From Candidatus Latescibacterota bacterium (GTDB taxonomy: Bacteria; Latescibacterota; CBDEFO01): DNA of 64,000 bases. Under the pieces are notes generated by a model, which saw nothing but the letters and a program-made list of their open reading frames with translations, made no database searches and was not told where the DNA came from. Shown here piece by piece: positions 9,631-20,093 of this stretch (its first letter is position 1; each line of letters opens with the position of its first letter). The position numbers and the translations under genes are program-made. The DNA lies in the NCBI GenBank assembly GCA_965248755.1, contig OZ252149.1, positions 1,344,001 through 1,408,000 of the forward strand. The letters run 5' to 3'.

Positions 9631-10797
9631 ATGTTACCCAAGAGGAACTGGATCAAGATCCTTAAGAAGTCCGCTGATCAGCCGGGATATGCACTAAGTG
9701 CCCTGAAGAAGCGCTCCAAATCGTATCTTACATATCACCTGTACGACGGATACAGCGCATATCCTGAGACCATCTCCTTATTTTTGACGTTCAAGTGCAA
9801 CCTCAGATGCTTCATGTGCGGTCAGTGGGGGGACGAAGGTTCTTTCAAGGAGTTTTCGTCAGATGTTTTGAGGTCTCAACTGTCGGTGGATGAGATGAAG
9901 GCAATAGTGGACGATGTCTCGTCCTTCAAGCCGAACTTCACGCTGTTTGGCGGAGAGCCGATGATCTATAAGGGATGGATAGAGGTCGTTGACTACATAA
10001 AGAGCAGGGGGATGCGCTGCAATATCGTCACCAACGGGACATATCTGGAAAAGTACGCAGAGGATATAGTGAGAGTCGGTCTGGACGAGATTATCCTGTC
10101 CCTGGACGGCGTTGGGGAGGTACACGACAAGTCAAGAGGGGTAGACGGATTTTACGAAAAGCTTTACAATGGAGTCCTGGCTATCAATAAGTTGAAAAAG
10201 GAAGAGAAGAAATCCGCTCCCATCATCAACGTGAACTGCACAATATCTGAGGTGAACTACCAGAGCTTAGAGGAAGTGGCAAAGGTCGGAGGTGAACTGG
10301 ACATAGCGACGGTGAACTTCCATCACATGCTTTTCTTTAACAGGGACACGTATGATAAGCACAACGTCTTCTTCGAGGAGAGATTCGGACACAGGTGTCA
10401 CGACTGGTCCGGATTTGTGAGGGAGGATCAGCCTGACATGGACGTGGAGTGCCTGTTGGAGAAGATGGACTACATTAAAAAGAACAGATGGGGAGCTTAC
10501 GTAACCTTCTTCCCGAACTTTACGGCCGACGAGATTAGGCAGTGGTACCAGGAAAAAGAGTTCAAATCCACAAGTTACAAGAATAGGTGCGTTAGCCTCT
10601 GGATGACGGCCTACATATTCCCCGACGGCGAGGTCAGGCCATACCATTCGATGGACTTTTCCCCGGGCAACGTCAGGCAAGAACCGTTCAGCAAGATATG
10701 GAACAACGAGAAGTACAAAGACTATCGGAAGTTGGTAAAGGAAATAAAGACATTTCCGGTCTGCCACAAAGGCTGCACCGAACTCTATAGATATTGA
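9631..10797 (+). CDS. Radical SAM protein with SPASM/twitch-like C-terminus
   Basis: CNLRCFMC, GGEP, VTNG, SLDG; C-terminal C..W..YIFPDGEV..GNV..IWN..CHKGC. Confidence 0.88.
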   Translation: MLPKRNWIKILKKSADQPGYALSALKKRSKSYLTYHLYDGYSAYPETISLFLTFKCNLRCFMCGQWGDEGSFKEFSSDVLRSQLSVDEMKAIVDDVSSFKPNFTLFGGEPMIYKGWIEVVDYIKSRGMRCNIVTNGTYLEKYAEDIVRVGLDEIILSLDGVGEVHDKSRGVDGFYEKLYNGVLAINKLKKEEKKSAPIINVNCTISEVNYQSLEEVAKVGGELDIATVNFHHMLFFNRDTYDKHNVFFEERFGHRCHDWSGFVREDQPDMDVECLLEKMDYIKKNRWGAYVTFFPNFTADEIRQWYQEKEFKSTSYKNRCVSLWMTAYIFPDGEVRPYHSMDFSPGNVRQEPFSKIWNNEKYKDYRKLVKEIKTFPVCHKGCTELYRY

Positions 10798-11369
10798 AAC
10801 TGCAAGTATCCATGTTTCAGTCCTGCCTAAACAGATATCTTTAGATTGCGAGTCCCTTTCGTCTAGCTATATCCTGCCTATCTTCTAACCCGATAGCGCA
10901 TCCAGCAAAAAAGCCTTCCTCGATCTTAATTTCCCGAGTGGCTTGGGGGAAGTTCTTGTAGAAAAGGATTTCTGCTTCAGTATCCTCTCTCTGTACGAAT
11001 CTTCCTATTCCCTCCAGCAGAGGTCATCCGAGTCGTACAGGATCACTTAAACACCTAAGCTCCTTGGGCACGATGGGAACTCTGAACTGGCTGAAGCAAG
11101 GCAAATCTTAAAGGATCTCCAGTTTCAATATACTCCTCAAGCACAGCAGATCTTGACTAGATCCAATTGGGCTTGTTCTCCAAACAGCGCCCGAGGCTGT
11201 CTGCCTGCGGAGATGTACATGAAGATCGTCGGATGGGGCATGCCCCATCCCTGCGCCAGACCAATGAACAAAACCGCCCCAGACTACTGCAACTTGGAGC
11301 TTTGCGGGGGAGAAACCACGTATAAAACCTAAACGAGTCTATCCATTTTGGTTGTGCAATAGGTCTGAA

Positions 11370-11579
11370 TCAGTTATCAGAAACCAGATCCACCACAGAT
11401 ACATTCAGCGCGGTGGCTATTCTCCTGAGAGTGCTCACAGTGAAGCTATGGTCTGAACTCTCCCACTTCGAGACTACCGACCTGTGGACTCCCACTTTCT
11501 TGGCCAACTCATATTGCTTAAGGCCGCGCATCTTTCGGTGCTTTCTGACATTCTCTCCTACAGTCACCGTTATCACCAC
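11370..11579 (-). CDS. XRE-family HTH regulator
   Basis: R..RGLKQYELAKKVGVHRSVVSKWE..TLRRIATALNV. Confidence 0.8.
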   Translation of the reverse strand: MVITVTVGENVRKHRKMRGLKQYELAKKVGVHRSVVSKWESSDHSFTVSTLRRIATALNVSVVDLVSDN

Positions 11580-11766
11580 CGTATAGATTAGGGGTTAAGC
11601 TAACTTCAGAATCCCCTCCCTACGCTCAATATACAAAGAATCTTCCTAAAGTGCAAGTTTTTTGTTTTAATTTCTTATTAAATGTTGTGTGCTATAAAAT
11701 GATATTCTCCCGCCGATAAAGAAAATTCCCGATAGATTCAGTCTTACCAAGAATCCCACTATTCTC

Positions 11767-12477
11767 TTGTGTTTTTCTCCCTCTAACGCTATATTTCCCT
11801 ATAAGAAAGGCAGGCGAAAAGAATTGAGAAGTTGTGCGATGTTTTTTCTGATGATCCTTATTGTTTCAACTTCTAAAGCACTGCGGGCAGAAAGTTATTA
11901 CAGCTCTAAACTCCGCCAGATAATATCCGAAACATCTGTCTTTGAAGGCAACTTTGTTATAACTGTTATCCCGCTGACTGAGGAACTTACAGCCGCCAAA
12001 GTCTACGCCAAGATGAGTAAGGAGGGACACAGCAGACAAGAGATAAGAGAAGAAATAAAAAAGAAGACGCAAAAGGAGAAAAAGCTTATTGCGATAATAA
12101 CGGTAAAGTTTAAGGGTGATTCTCTGTCGCAGGCTCCGACAGCAATTTCTCTACCCGAAGATCTGTCAAAATACATATTTGTCGAAAACGACAGGAGCAA
12201 CTTCGTCCCATGCAAGATAGCCAGACCGGCCGTGGAGCAGGTGGATTCAGATCAAAGTTCTGCTGTCATCCCTTTAGTTTTCCATACAGAGTACCAAAAG
12301 GGCAAGAAGGAACACAATATCTTAGAGGATACGGAATACATCGAATTTGTCGTAGGAGGCCTGGGCTTTTCCAACAACCGCATCCGCTACGACACCCCCT
12401 TAAGCGATCTATGCAAAGATGCTTCACAGGATATCAAGAGTCTGTGGGAAGAGGCAAGGGACAATAGCTCTTTCTAA
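11767..12477 (+). CDS. Hypothetical exported protein (true start probably ~11824-11839)
   Basis: Long ORF with a signal-peptide-like hydrophobic stretch; no recognised family. Confidence 0.6.
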   Translation: MCFSPSNAIFPYKKGRRKELRSCAMFFLMILIVSTSKALRAESYYSSKLRQIISETSVFEGNFVITVIPLTEELTAAKVYAKMSKEGHSRQEIREEIKKKTQKEKKLIAIITVKFKGDSLSQAPTAISLPEDLSKYIFVENDRSNFVPCKIARPAVEQVDSDQSSAVIPLVFHTEYQKGKKEHNILEDTEYIEFVVGGLGFSNNRIRYDTPLSDLCKDASQDIKSLWEEARDNSSF

Positions 12478-12704
12478 CCCGATTAATTCATAAACTTGGT
12501 GGAGTCATTGCGAGGAGCAAAGCGACGAAGCAATCTCAAGGTTTTATAGTGGTCTCCTATGAGAGCCGGAGAGTATTACATCTACCACAGAATCGAGATT
12601 GCTTCGCCTCCGGTTCGCAATGACACCGAAGGTGGTTAAACGGCATAACTATAACCTAATACAATCCCTTAATTAATAGACGGCTTTTTTGTGAATTATT
12701 CGGG
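12478..12704 (+). mobile_element. MITE copy 2
   Basis: TIRs CCCGATTAATTCA / TGAATTATTCGGG; CTAA direct repeat on both sides. Confidence 0.9.
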
Positions 12705-13571
12705 CTAACTATGTTCTTCGTGTGTCTTAAAAAAGAAGGGATTCTGTGCCTTTTCCTCCCCGACTGTCGTAGCTGGTCCGTGTCCGCAGAACAGATTCGT
12801 CTCATTTGAAAGCGAGAGGATCTTGTCCCTTACAGAGTTGATCTGGTCATGGTAGGCTCTGGGCCAACCTCCTCTTGCTCCACCCATCGATCCGGCAAAT
12901 AGCGCATCGCCTGTAAAGGCGTTTCCCACTGTGACGAAAGAAACCCCTCCTTTAGTATGACCTGCTGTGAGCTTTACCGATACGGCCAGGTTGCCTATTT
13001 GAACGTGGTCCCCTTCCTCTATTGTATCGTCAATGTCCCGTGAGGATACGGGCCCTAACTCTTTTTTGTGTATGAGAGCGGGAACCTTCAGATGATCCTT
13101 TGCAGCTTTTAAGGCTCCCACGTGGTCGCCGTGTCCGTGGGTCAGCAGGATGTATTGGAAATCTAAACCTGATGATTCGACTTCGGTGATGATCCTGTTA
13201 GCTTCAGCTCCTGGATCTATCAAAGCCCCCATTTTCGTCTCTGTGCAGCCGAGTATGTAGCAATTAGCTATAAGGCCGGCTCCAACAGGCAGCATTTTGA
13301 CTCTCACACCGGAGGTATCTTTACCCTGGGGATTCTCGGGTACCCAGGCTTTATGCGCAGAGTCGATGAGTTTGTCGGGATGGAGGCCGAGGACATCTGC
13401 AAGGAGTCTTATCTTATCGTCGGGAGGAACGTAGGCGTAATCCTCTATTTGGTCGAGTTCTGAAGATGAGATCCCGGTCCTTTCGGATATTTGGAGCGCG
13501 GATATTTCCGTCCCGAACCGGGCTTTCGATACTATATCGCCAAATTCATCTTCTAATTCTACAGGTGGCAT
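12705..13571 (-). CDS. MBL-fold hydrolase (glyoxalase II-like) with N-terminal HTH-like domain
   Basis: THGHGDH, GHT, TGDALF, GHGP.TT..EK..NPF. Confidence 0.88.
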   Translation of the reverse strand: MPPVELEDEFGDIVSKARFGTEISALQISERTGISSSELDQIEDYAYVPPDDKIRLLADVLGLHPDKLIDSAHKAWVPENPQGKDTSGVRVKMLPVGAGLIANCYILGCTETKMGALIDPGAEANRIITEVESSGLDFQYILLTHGHGDHVGALKAAKDHLKVPALIHKKELGPVSSRDIDDTIEEGDHVQIGNLAVSVKLTAGHTKGGVSFVTVGNAFTGDALFAGSMGGARGGWPRAYHDQINSVRDKILSLSNETNLFCGHGPATTVGEEKAQNPFFFKTHEEHS

Positions 13572-13941
13572 GGCGTTTCATCTCCTTTCGCAGTGGGAGT
13601 TCCACATCTAAGATGGCTTCAAGGATAGATAAATAGAGTAGACAGTAGGGGTGAGGTCTACTCGTCCAGTATTCAGTAGATCGGGCACTTCCCACTAGAT
13701 TTACTGGGGGTGAACCCCCGATAGCATGATTCGGGGGCAGGCCCCCTCGCAATGGCCTTTCCGTTTCGTCATTGCGAGCGAAGCGAAGCAATCTCGATTG
13801 TTGTCACCAAAGACCTGAGCAAGCTCGGGAAAAATGTTACTTATTTGTCCGAATCAAAAACAACCGGTCCCTTTTGGATTGACATTGATGCGTCTGTCGG
13901 ATATATTATTACCGTGATCACCACAGATTCGGGAGGCACCC

Positions 13942-14598
13942 ATGGTCAAGATAGCTCCATCGTTCCTATCTGCAGATTTTTCCCGTTTGACAGAAGAGGT
14001 CAAGGCCGTCGAAGAGGCAGGCGCGGACCTGATCCATCTGGACGTAATGGACGGTCACTTTGTGGACAACATAAGTTTCGGCTCTATGGTCGTCGAGACG
14101 ATTGGAAACCTTACTGATCTTAAACTCGACGTTCATTTGATGATAACAGACCCTGAACGCTACTTGGACAGGTTTATGCACGCAGGCTCAGATTCAATAA
14201 CTGTCCACGCCGAGATCTCGGGAGATGTACAAGGCATAATCGAGCGCATTAAAGACAGTGGACTATCCGCAGGTGTGGCGATAAGCCCCCAGACTCCGAC
14301 TGAGGCTTTCAGTCCCTTTTTGTCATCTATTGACTTAGCCCTTATAATGTCCGTCGAACCCGGCTTCGGAGGACAGCCTTTCATCCCCGAATCTGTAGAT
14401 AAGATAAAGCAACTGAGAGCCTGGATCGACCGGGAGGGCTTCGACACAGAGATAGAAGTTGACGGAGGCATCGGCGTCGAAAATGCAAGAGAAGTCACAG
14501 AAGCAGGTGTGGACATACTCGTAGCCGGCTCCTCCGTTTTCAAAAGAAAGGGCGGTCCCCTTCGTAACATAAAAGCGATAAGAGAGGAGGCAGAATAG
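13942..14598 (+). CDS. rpe: Ribulose-phosphate 3-epimerase
   Basis: IAPSFLSADF, HLDVMDGHFV, MSVEPGFGGQ, EVDGGI. Confidence 0.96.
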   Translation: MVKIAPSFLSADFSRLTEEVKAVEEAGADLIHLDVMDGHFVDNISFGSMVVETIGNLTDLKLDVHLMITDPERYLDRFMHAGSDSITVHAEISGDVQGIIERIKDSGLSAGVAISPQTPTEAFSPFLSSIDLALIMSVEPGFGGQPFIPESVDKIKQLRAWIDREGFDTEIEVDGGIGVENAREVTEAGVDILVAGSSVFKRKGGPLRNIKAIREEAE

Positions 14599-14641
14599 GT
14601 AGACCGTAGTCAGCGCACCGCCTCCCATCCCTGCTTGCTGT

Positions 14642-16453
14642 CTACTTATTTGTGGTCTGTGAACTCAGCTTTAATCCCAACTCCTTCAACTGCGCGTCCG
14701 ATATAGGTGTCGGAGAGCCATCCACCAGAGAAAAAGCGGCGTTTGTCTTCGGGAAGGCGATTACCTCCCTTATCGACCTGTTGCCTGTCAAAAGGGCCAC
14801 CAGACGGTCGAACCCGAAAGCTATCCCCCCGTGCGGCGGCGCACCGTACTCGAAGGCGTCCAGCAGAAATCCGAACTTATCCTCCGCTTCGTCCTCTGAT
14901 ATTCCCAACAACTTAAACATCCTGTTTTGAAGTTCTCTGTGAGAGATCCTTATGCTCCCACCGGCGATCTCAGTGCCATTTAACACCAGATCGTACTGTC
15001 TTCCTCTGACATTCAGCGGATCTTTCTCCATAAGGTCCACGTCATTCTCCATCGGCGATGTGAACGGATGCTGCATTGCCGCGAACCTCTTCTCCTCCTC
15101 GTTATACCCCACAAGCGGAAATTCTGTGATCCACAGAATGTTCCATTTTCCCTCGTCAAACAGATTGAGTTGTCTGGCTATCAGAAGTCTTATCTCCGCC
15201 AGCACAGAGCCGACCACGTCCTTCTTATCTGCAATAAAGAGCAGAAGGTCGCCCGCCTCCACGCCTGTGGCTTCGGCTATCCCCTTTAAGTTATCCTCTC
15301 TGAAAAACTTGACAATTGATGAGTCGAACCCCAACGTGGGATGTCCTTCCGGATCAACTATCTTCATCCATGCGAGGCCCTTGGCACCCGACTCGATTGC
15401 AAAGGCAATCAGATCGTCCACCTGTTTCCTGGAGAAGCTCCCACATCCTCTCGCATTGATGCACTTTACTTCACCTCCCGATTCCAGCGCGCCTCTAAAG
15501 ACTCTGAAATCACAGTCTTCCACGGCCTGGCTCACGTCAATCAGTTCGAGCCCAAACCTGGTATCGGGATGATCCGTCCCGTACTTCTCCATCGCCTCTT
15601 TGTAAGTCATCCTTGGAAAGGGCATCTGGAGTTCGACTCCCAGGACCTCCCTGAATATACTCGTTGTGACGCTCTCGGCAAGCGACATTACGTCCTCCTC
15701 CTCCACGAACGACATCTCAATATCTATCTGGGTGAACTCCGGCTGCCGATCCGACCTTAAATCCTCATCCCTGAAGCACTTTACGATCTGATAGTACCTG
15801 TCAAATCCCGCCACCATCAGTAGCTGCTTGTAGGTCTGGGGAGATTGGGGGAGGGCATAAAAACTCCCGTGGTGGATTCTACTGGGAACAAGGTAATCTC
15901 TGGCGCCCTCAGGCGTGCTCTTCATCAGAAAAGGCGTCTCTATCTCTACGAAACCCTCGTTATCTAAGAAATACCGGGTCGCCCTGTAGGCCTTATGCCT
16001 TTTGATCAGATTATCCTGCATTGTCGGACGCCTCAAGTCCAAATACCTGTACCTCAACCTCAGCTCCTCATTTGTATCCGTGCGGGACTCAATAGCAAAA
16101 GGCGGCGTATCAGACTCGTTCAATATCCTCAGCTCCGTGCAGTCCACATCTATCTGTCCAGTCTTCAGCTTGGGATTCTCCATCCCTTCGGGTCTCCGTT
16201 GAACAGCTCCCTTGATCGCAATCACGTACTCGCTCCTTAATTCCTCCGCTTTCCTGTGGACGTCCAGACTCTTCTGAGGGTTGAAGACCACCTGTGTTAT
16301 GCCCCACCTGTCTCTTAAATCCACAAAGATCACTCCACCGTGGTCCCTTCGCCTTGCCACCCATCCCATAAGGATGACGTCTTTTCCTATGTGCTCTGCT
16401 CTGAGTTCCACACAATTATGAGTCCTTCTCCAGCCCCGTATAGTATCAGCCAT
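14642..16453 (-). CDS. aspS: Aspartate--tRNA ligase
   Basis: RRDHGGVIFVDLRD, LPQSPQ, FRDEDLR.DRQPEFTQ, PPHGGIAFGFDR; start set at MADTIRG. Confidence 0.96.
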   Translation of the reverse strand: MADTIRGWRRTHNCVELRAEHIGKDVILMGWVARRRDHGGVIFVDLRDRWGITQVVFNPQKSLDVHRKAEELRSEYVIAIKGAVQRRPEGMENPKLKTGQIDVDCTELRILNESDTPPFAIESRTDTNEELRLRYRYLDLRRPTMQDNLIKRHKAYRATRYFLDNEGFVEIETPFLMKSTPEGARDYLVPSRIHHGSFYALPQSPQTYKQLLMVAGFDRYYQIVKCFRDEDLRSDRQPEFTQIDIEMSFVEEEDVMSLAESVTTSIFREVLGVELQMPFPRMTYKEAMEKYGTDHPDTRFGLELIDVSQAVEDCDFRVFRGALESGGEVKCINARGCGSFSRKQVDDLIAFAIESGAKGLAWMKIVDPEGHPTLGFDSSIVKFFREDNLKGIAEATGVEAGDLLLFIADKKDVVGSVLAEIRLLIARQLNLFDEGKWNILWITEFPLVGYNEEEKRFAAMQHPFTSPMENDVDLMEKDPLNVRGRQYDLVLNGTEIAGGSIRISHRELQNRMFKLLGISEDEAEDKFGFLLDAFEYGAPPHGGIAFGFDRLVALLTGNRSIREVIAFPKTNAAFSLVDGSPTPISDAQLKELGLKLSSQTTNK

Positions 16454-16714
16454 GTCGTTCTCCGTCACTAAAGTTTGCGAAGATGTTCCATTTTCTGCTA
16501 TTTCTTCAGTCTTTCGTCTAAATATAGATTGGGTCCGAAGATGCCACTTCTTAAAGTAAGAGCGGGGCAACTCCGCCCCTACATGTAATTGCCGCTTACA
16601 AGAAAGGGATGTTGGAAACTGATCGCCCGATCCTTATAATGATTGCCCTATGATCTCATGTGCACTCTTGAAAGAGGACCGATTATAAGGCTGTAAACAT
16701 AGGGATGATGTTAG

Positions 16715-17107
16715 TTACTCTCCTGCCGCCGGGACGCTGCTATTCCAGATGTCCGCAGTCATCTTCCATGTGCCATCGGCCTGTCGTTTCCGGACTAGTA
16801 CATATTTGCCTGTGTCCGTCATGGCCTGGCCGCCCTCTGGCTGAATGTTCAGCGTGTAGGCGCCGATCTCATATGCCAGGTTGCCGTCGTAACCTACACC
16901 CACGCTTTCCAAATTTATATCCCAAACACCCATTTCTAAGGCGCCTTCCCAGAACGCTTGAATCGCCTGCCTCCCGCTGACCATTTCAGTGTTAGGGGGA
17001 AGGAGTTTCGCATCCTCAGCGTAGAGGGCAGCTACTGCAGCTGCGTCACCCCGATTAACAGCTTCACAAAACTGGGTGTTCGTTTCCTCAATTGCTTGCT
17101 GGACCAT
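16715..17107 (-). CDS. SnoaL/NTF2-like (DUF4440) protein
   Basis: GDAAAVAALYAEDA..GRQAI..GKY..RKRQADGTWK..DIWN. Confidence 0.85.
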   Translation of the reverse strand: MVQQAIEETNTQFCEAVNRGDAAAVAALYAEDAKLLPPNTEMVSGRQAIQAFWEGALEMGVWDINLESVGVGYDGNLAYEIGAYTLNIQPEGGQAMTDTGKYVLVRKRQADGTWKMTADIWNSSVPAAGE

Positions 17108-17248
17108 GTTGTTTTCCTCCGTTTCGTCGGATCAGGTTGGTCTTTCCGGAAAAGGCTATCCTGAAATACCTACGATCAATAGACGTCCCGCCAAGCACAC
17201 TGTCGCCGAAATACAGTTGTGCGGCGTTGGTTATCTCTTATGTTCCCT

Positions 17249-17509
17249 CTAACGCTCCAGGATTTTCTCCCGCACCCAGGCATTGACAAGCGTCTCGGGT
17301 GAGGTTTGTTTTGACCTGGCAATTGCCGTTAGTCTGTCGGCAAGTTCAGCATCAAGGGCAATTAGATGCCCCTTTCGTTTGATGTCCACTTCGAAATCGA
17401 CTTCCGGAATTTGATCGAAGTATTCACCCAAATCGTGGTTGTCAAAGAGCTCCACCAGCTCATCCAGGGACCCGGACTGAGGTAGGCTCGTTGCTTCACT
17501 TTTTGCCAT
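17249..17509 (-). CDS. CopG/BrnA-like antitoxin
   Basis: ELFDNHDLGEY...LTAIARSK.TSPETLVNAWVREK. Confidence 0.7.
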   Translation of the reverse strand: MAKSEATSLPQSGSLDELVELFDNHDLGEYFDQIPEVDFEVDIKRKGHLIALDAELADRLTAIARSKQTSPETLVNAWVREKILER

Positions 17510-17676
17510 ATTGCCTTCTCTCCTTTGGGCCACATCTCAACTACATAATGCCTCCCATCCTCATTGAGTCTGTCCGATGATTTCTGGCAGGCAATGGCGC
17601 ATAACGGTCCCCCAAGTTTGCGAAGCAGGCGGAGCGAAGTGGTGGCCGTCTGGGTGGGCTGAAATGGGACCGCGAA

Positions 17677-19260
17677 CTACATATTCCCATATTTTCCCGA
17701 ATAGATCTCTCTCAAGACCGGCTTCTGGACTTTGCTCGTGGCCGTTGTGACGGGCAGGCTGTCTACGAACTCGACGTATCTGGGTTTCTTGTATCCTGCA
17801 AGATTTTCCCTTACGTATTGTATGACTTCGTCTTCTGTAATATCCGCTCCATCCTGAGGGACTACGACAGCAAGTACCGATTCTCCCCATTCTTTGTCAG
17901 GCACTCCGATAACCGCTGTGTCCTTTATCTTTTCGTGTGTCTTGAGGAATTTCTCTATCTCGACGGGGTATATGTTCTCTCCGCCGCTGATGATCATATC
18001 CTTCGAGCGTCCGGCGATGTAGATGTAACCCTCTTCGTCATAATAAGCCATATCTCCGCTGTAGAGCCAACCGTCTTTGAGGACTTCCTCTGTTTTATCG
18101 GGCATATTCCAGTATCCCTTCATTATCGTAGGCCCTTTAGCGATTACTTCACCGACCTGTCCGACCTCTACATCGTTTCCGGCCCCGTCCACTATTCTGA
18201 TTTCGACGAAGGGATGAGGTTTTCCGACCGACCCTATCTTCTCTTTGTTATTTCTTGTGAGCTTTGAGAACGTTATTACGCAGCCCGCTTCTGTGAGGCC
18301 ATAGGTAACATAGACGTCTGCATTGAAGAGGTCCATGACCCCGTCCAACAGATCCTCAGGGAGTGTGTCCGATGAGCCGAGACACCTTCTAATCGAGCTT
18401 ACATCGTATTTGTGTCTGTCCTCGAGGGCGAGTATGCGCCTCCAGACTGTGGGCACACAGAAGATATTGGTGAGTCTGTACTTTTGGGCCGCGATCACTA
18501 TCTCCTCTGGGTCTGCTCTATCCAGGATGACAACTGTGGCTCCCGCTATGAAGTGAGGAAGGAGTATGCAGTCCGGGCCTCCTGTGTGGAAGAGAGGATA
18601 GACTATGATCCCTACGTCTTCCTCCACGTTGCCCGTCCTCAAAGACCATGCAAGGGCGTGAAGATAGTGGTTTTTATGCGTAAGAAGAGCCCCTTTCGGA
18701 AAACCGGTCGTGCCGCTTGTGTAGAGGATTATATGCGGGTCATCTTCGGATATCTCAACTTCAGGTTCTGCAGACGGATAGGAGTCTATGAGTTCCTCAA
18801 GGTAAATCGCATCGGGGTCAGGCGCCGACCCCGTGACGGCCTTCTCTCCAAAGTAGATAGTCCTTCTCAAAGTACGAAGGTCTGACAGGATGGGACCTAC
18901 GGCATCGTAGAATTGAGTGTTTACTATGAACAAAGAGGTCTGTGACTGGTCGATTGTATATTTTATCTCTCCGGCTTTATACCAGAAGTTTACGGGTACT
19001 ATTATGGCACCTGTCTTGGCAACCGCAAAGTAAACAATTACGTATTCGATGGAGTTTCTGCCCAGGATGGCGACCCTGTCCCCCTTTTTGACGCCGATGT
19101 CCATAAGGGCGTTGGAGAGGCTGTTGACCTTTTCATTTAGCTGTCCGTAAGAAAGGGATCGGTTGCCAAAAATGACGGCTATTTTGTCCCTGAATGTGTT
19201 GAAATGCGCGTTTCTGCGAAGAATGTTGCCCAATAACATATTACGAATCCTATCTGTCAC
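17677..19260 (-). CDS. AMP-dependent acyl-CoA synthetase
   Basis: YTSGTTGFPKG, YGLTE, GWLYSGD, SGGENIYP.EIE. Confidence 0.93.
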   Translation of the reverse strand: MTDRIRNMLLGNILRRNAHFNTFRDKIAVIFGNRSLSYGQLNEKVNSLSNALMDIGVKKGDRVAILGRNSIEYVIVYFAVAKTGAIIVPVNFWYKAGEIKYTIDQSQTSLFIVNTQFYDAVGPILSDLRTLRRTIYFGEKAVTGSAPDPDAIYLEELIDSYPSAEPEVEISEDDPHIILYTSGTTGFPKGALLTHKNHYLHALAWSLRTGNVEEDVGIIVYPLFHTGGPDCILLPHFIAGATVVILDRADPEEIVIAAQKYRLTNIFCVPTVWRRILALEDRHKYDVSSIRRCLGSSDTLPEDLLDGVMDLFNADVYVTYGLTEAGCVITFSKLTRNNKEKIGSVGKPHPFVEIRIVDGAGNDVEVGQVGEVIAKGPTIMKGYWNMPDKTEEVLKDGWLYSGDMAYYDEEGYIYIAGRSKDMIISGGENIYPVEIEKFLKTHEKIKDTAVIGVPDKEWGESVLAVVVPQDGADITEDEVIQYVRENLAGYKKPRYVEFVDSLPVTTATSKVQKPVLREIYSGKYGNM

Positions 19261-19689
19261 CTATTCTGAGACGAGGATTTTACAATTGCCTTCAACGACT
19301 ATCGTATGCTCATGGTTTTTAGACACTCCACTAAAAGCTACTACCCCCGATTTCTTATCAGGCTTGAAGTCCTTGGATTCTACCTCCCACTCTGTCGTAA
19401 TCGTATCTCCGGCGTGGACGGGTGCTCTAAAGCGGAAGTCTATCTGGACGAGGGCTACGGCTTTGCTCGAAAGGTGGTTCCCGAGGACGCCGCACATAAC
19501 GCCTGCGGTCAGACAGCCGTGCGCGATGGGCAACTTGAATCTGGTCTTCTTTGCAAACTCCCTGTTTACGTGGATAGGGTTGAAGTCCTTAAATATCCCA
19601 GCCCCTGTAGATATGTGATGCTCCGTGATGGTTACGGCATCGGAGATTATGTCTCCCTCTTTGAGGTCGTGAAATCCCCGGGGGTTCAT
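19261..19689 (-). CDS. MaoC-family dehydratase (hotdog fold)
   Basis: DFNPIH..EFAK..RF..PIAHG, FRAPV.AGDTI. Confidence 0.9.
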   Translation of the reverse strand: MNPRGFHDLKEGDIISDAVTITEHHISTGAGIFKDFNPIHVNREFAKKTRFKLPIAHGCLTAGVMCGVLGNHLSSKAVALVQIDFRFRAPVHAGDTITTEWEVESKDFKPDKKSGVVAFSGVSKNHEHTIVVEGNCKILVSE

Positions 19690-20084
19690 GATTTGATCTT
19701 GTCTTTTACTCTGGACCCAAATCTTTCCACGTCTATTATGAAGCGTTCGTGCGTTCCTTCCCCGATCTTCTCCATTTCATCGAAGGCCTCCACCTGGAAG
19801 ACACAATTCCTTCCGTCTATTCCTATAAGCTTGGAATTTACCGTCACCTTCATTCCGATGGGTGTGGCCGCAAGGTGCTTTACCTCCACCTGTGTCCCGA
19901 CGGAGTTTTCGCCCTCCTCAAGATAGGGCTCTAAGACCTTGTGGGAGGTCAACTCCATAAGGTCAATCATCGAGGGCGTCGAATAGACAGGCGGAGCACC
20001 CCCGCCTGAAAATGTGATGACCTCCTTTGCAGTCACGTTGATGGAGATTTCTGCATAAGCTCCGATCTCAGGTTTCTCTTTCAC
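19686..20084 (-). CDS. Fluoroacetyl-CoA thioesterase (FlK)-like hotdog thioesterase
   Basis: VYSTPSMIDLME, SVGT.V.VKHLAATP.G, IGEGTHERF. Confidence 0.88.
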   Translation of the reverse strand: MKEKPEIGAYAEISINVTAKEVITFSGGGAPPVYSTPSMIDLMELTSHKVLEPYLEEGENSVGTQVEVKHLAATPIGMKVTVNSKLIGIDGRNCVFQVEAFDEMEKIGEGTHERFIIDVERFGSRVKDKIKS

Positions 20085-20093
20085 TCTATTCTC

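Noticed and set aside
10800..11340. Possible gene or ncRNA between the radical SAM and XRE genes
   Set aside because: Only short interrupted frames and no recognisable RNA motif; probably a decayed gene that I cannot assign.
14652..16415. Numerous antisense or nested ORFs inside aspS and other long genes
   Set aside because: Shadow ORFs of well-supported genes with no independent coding signal.
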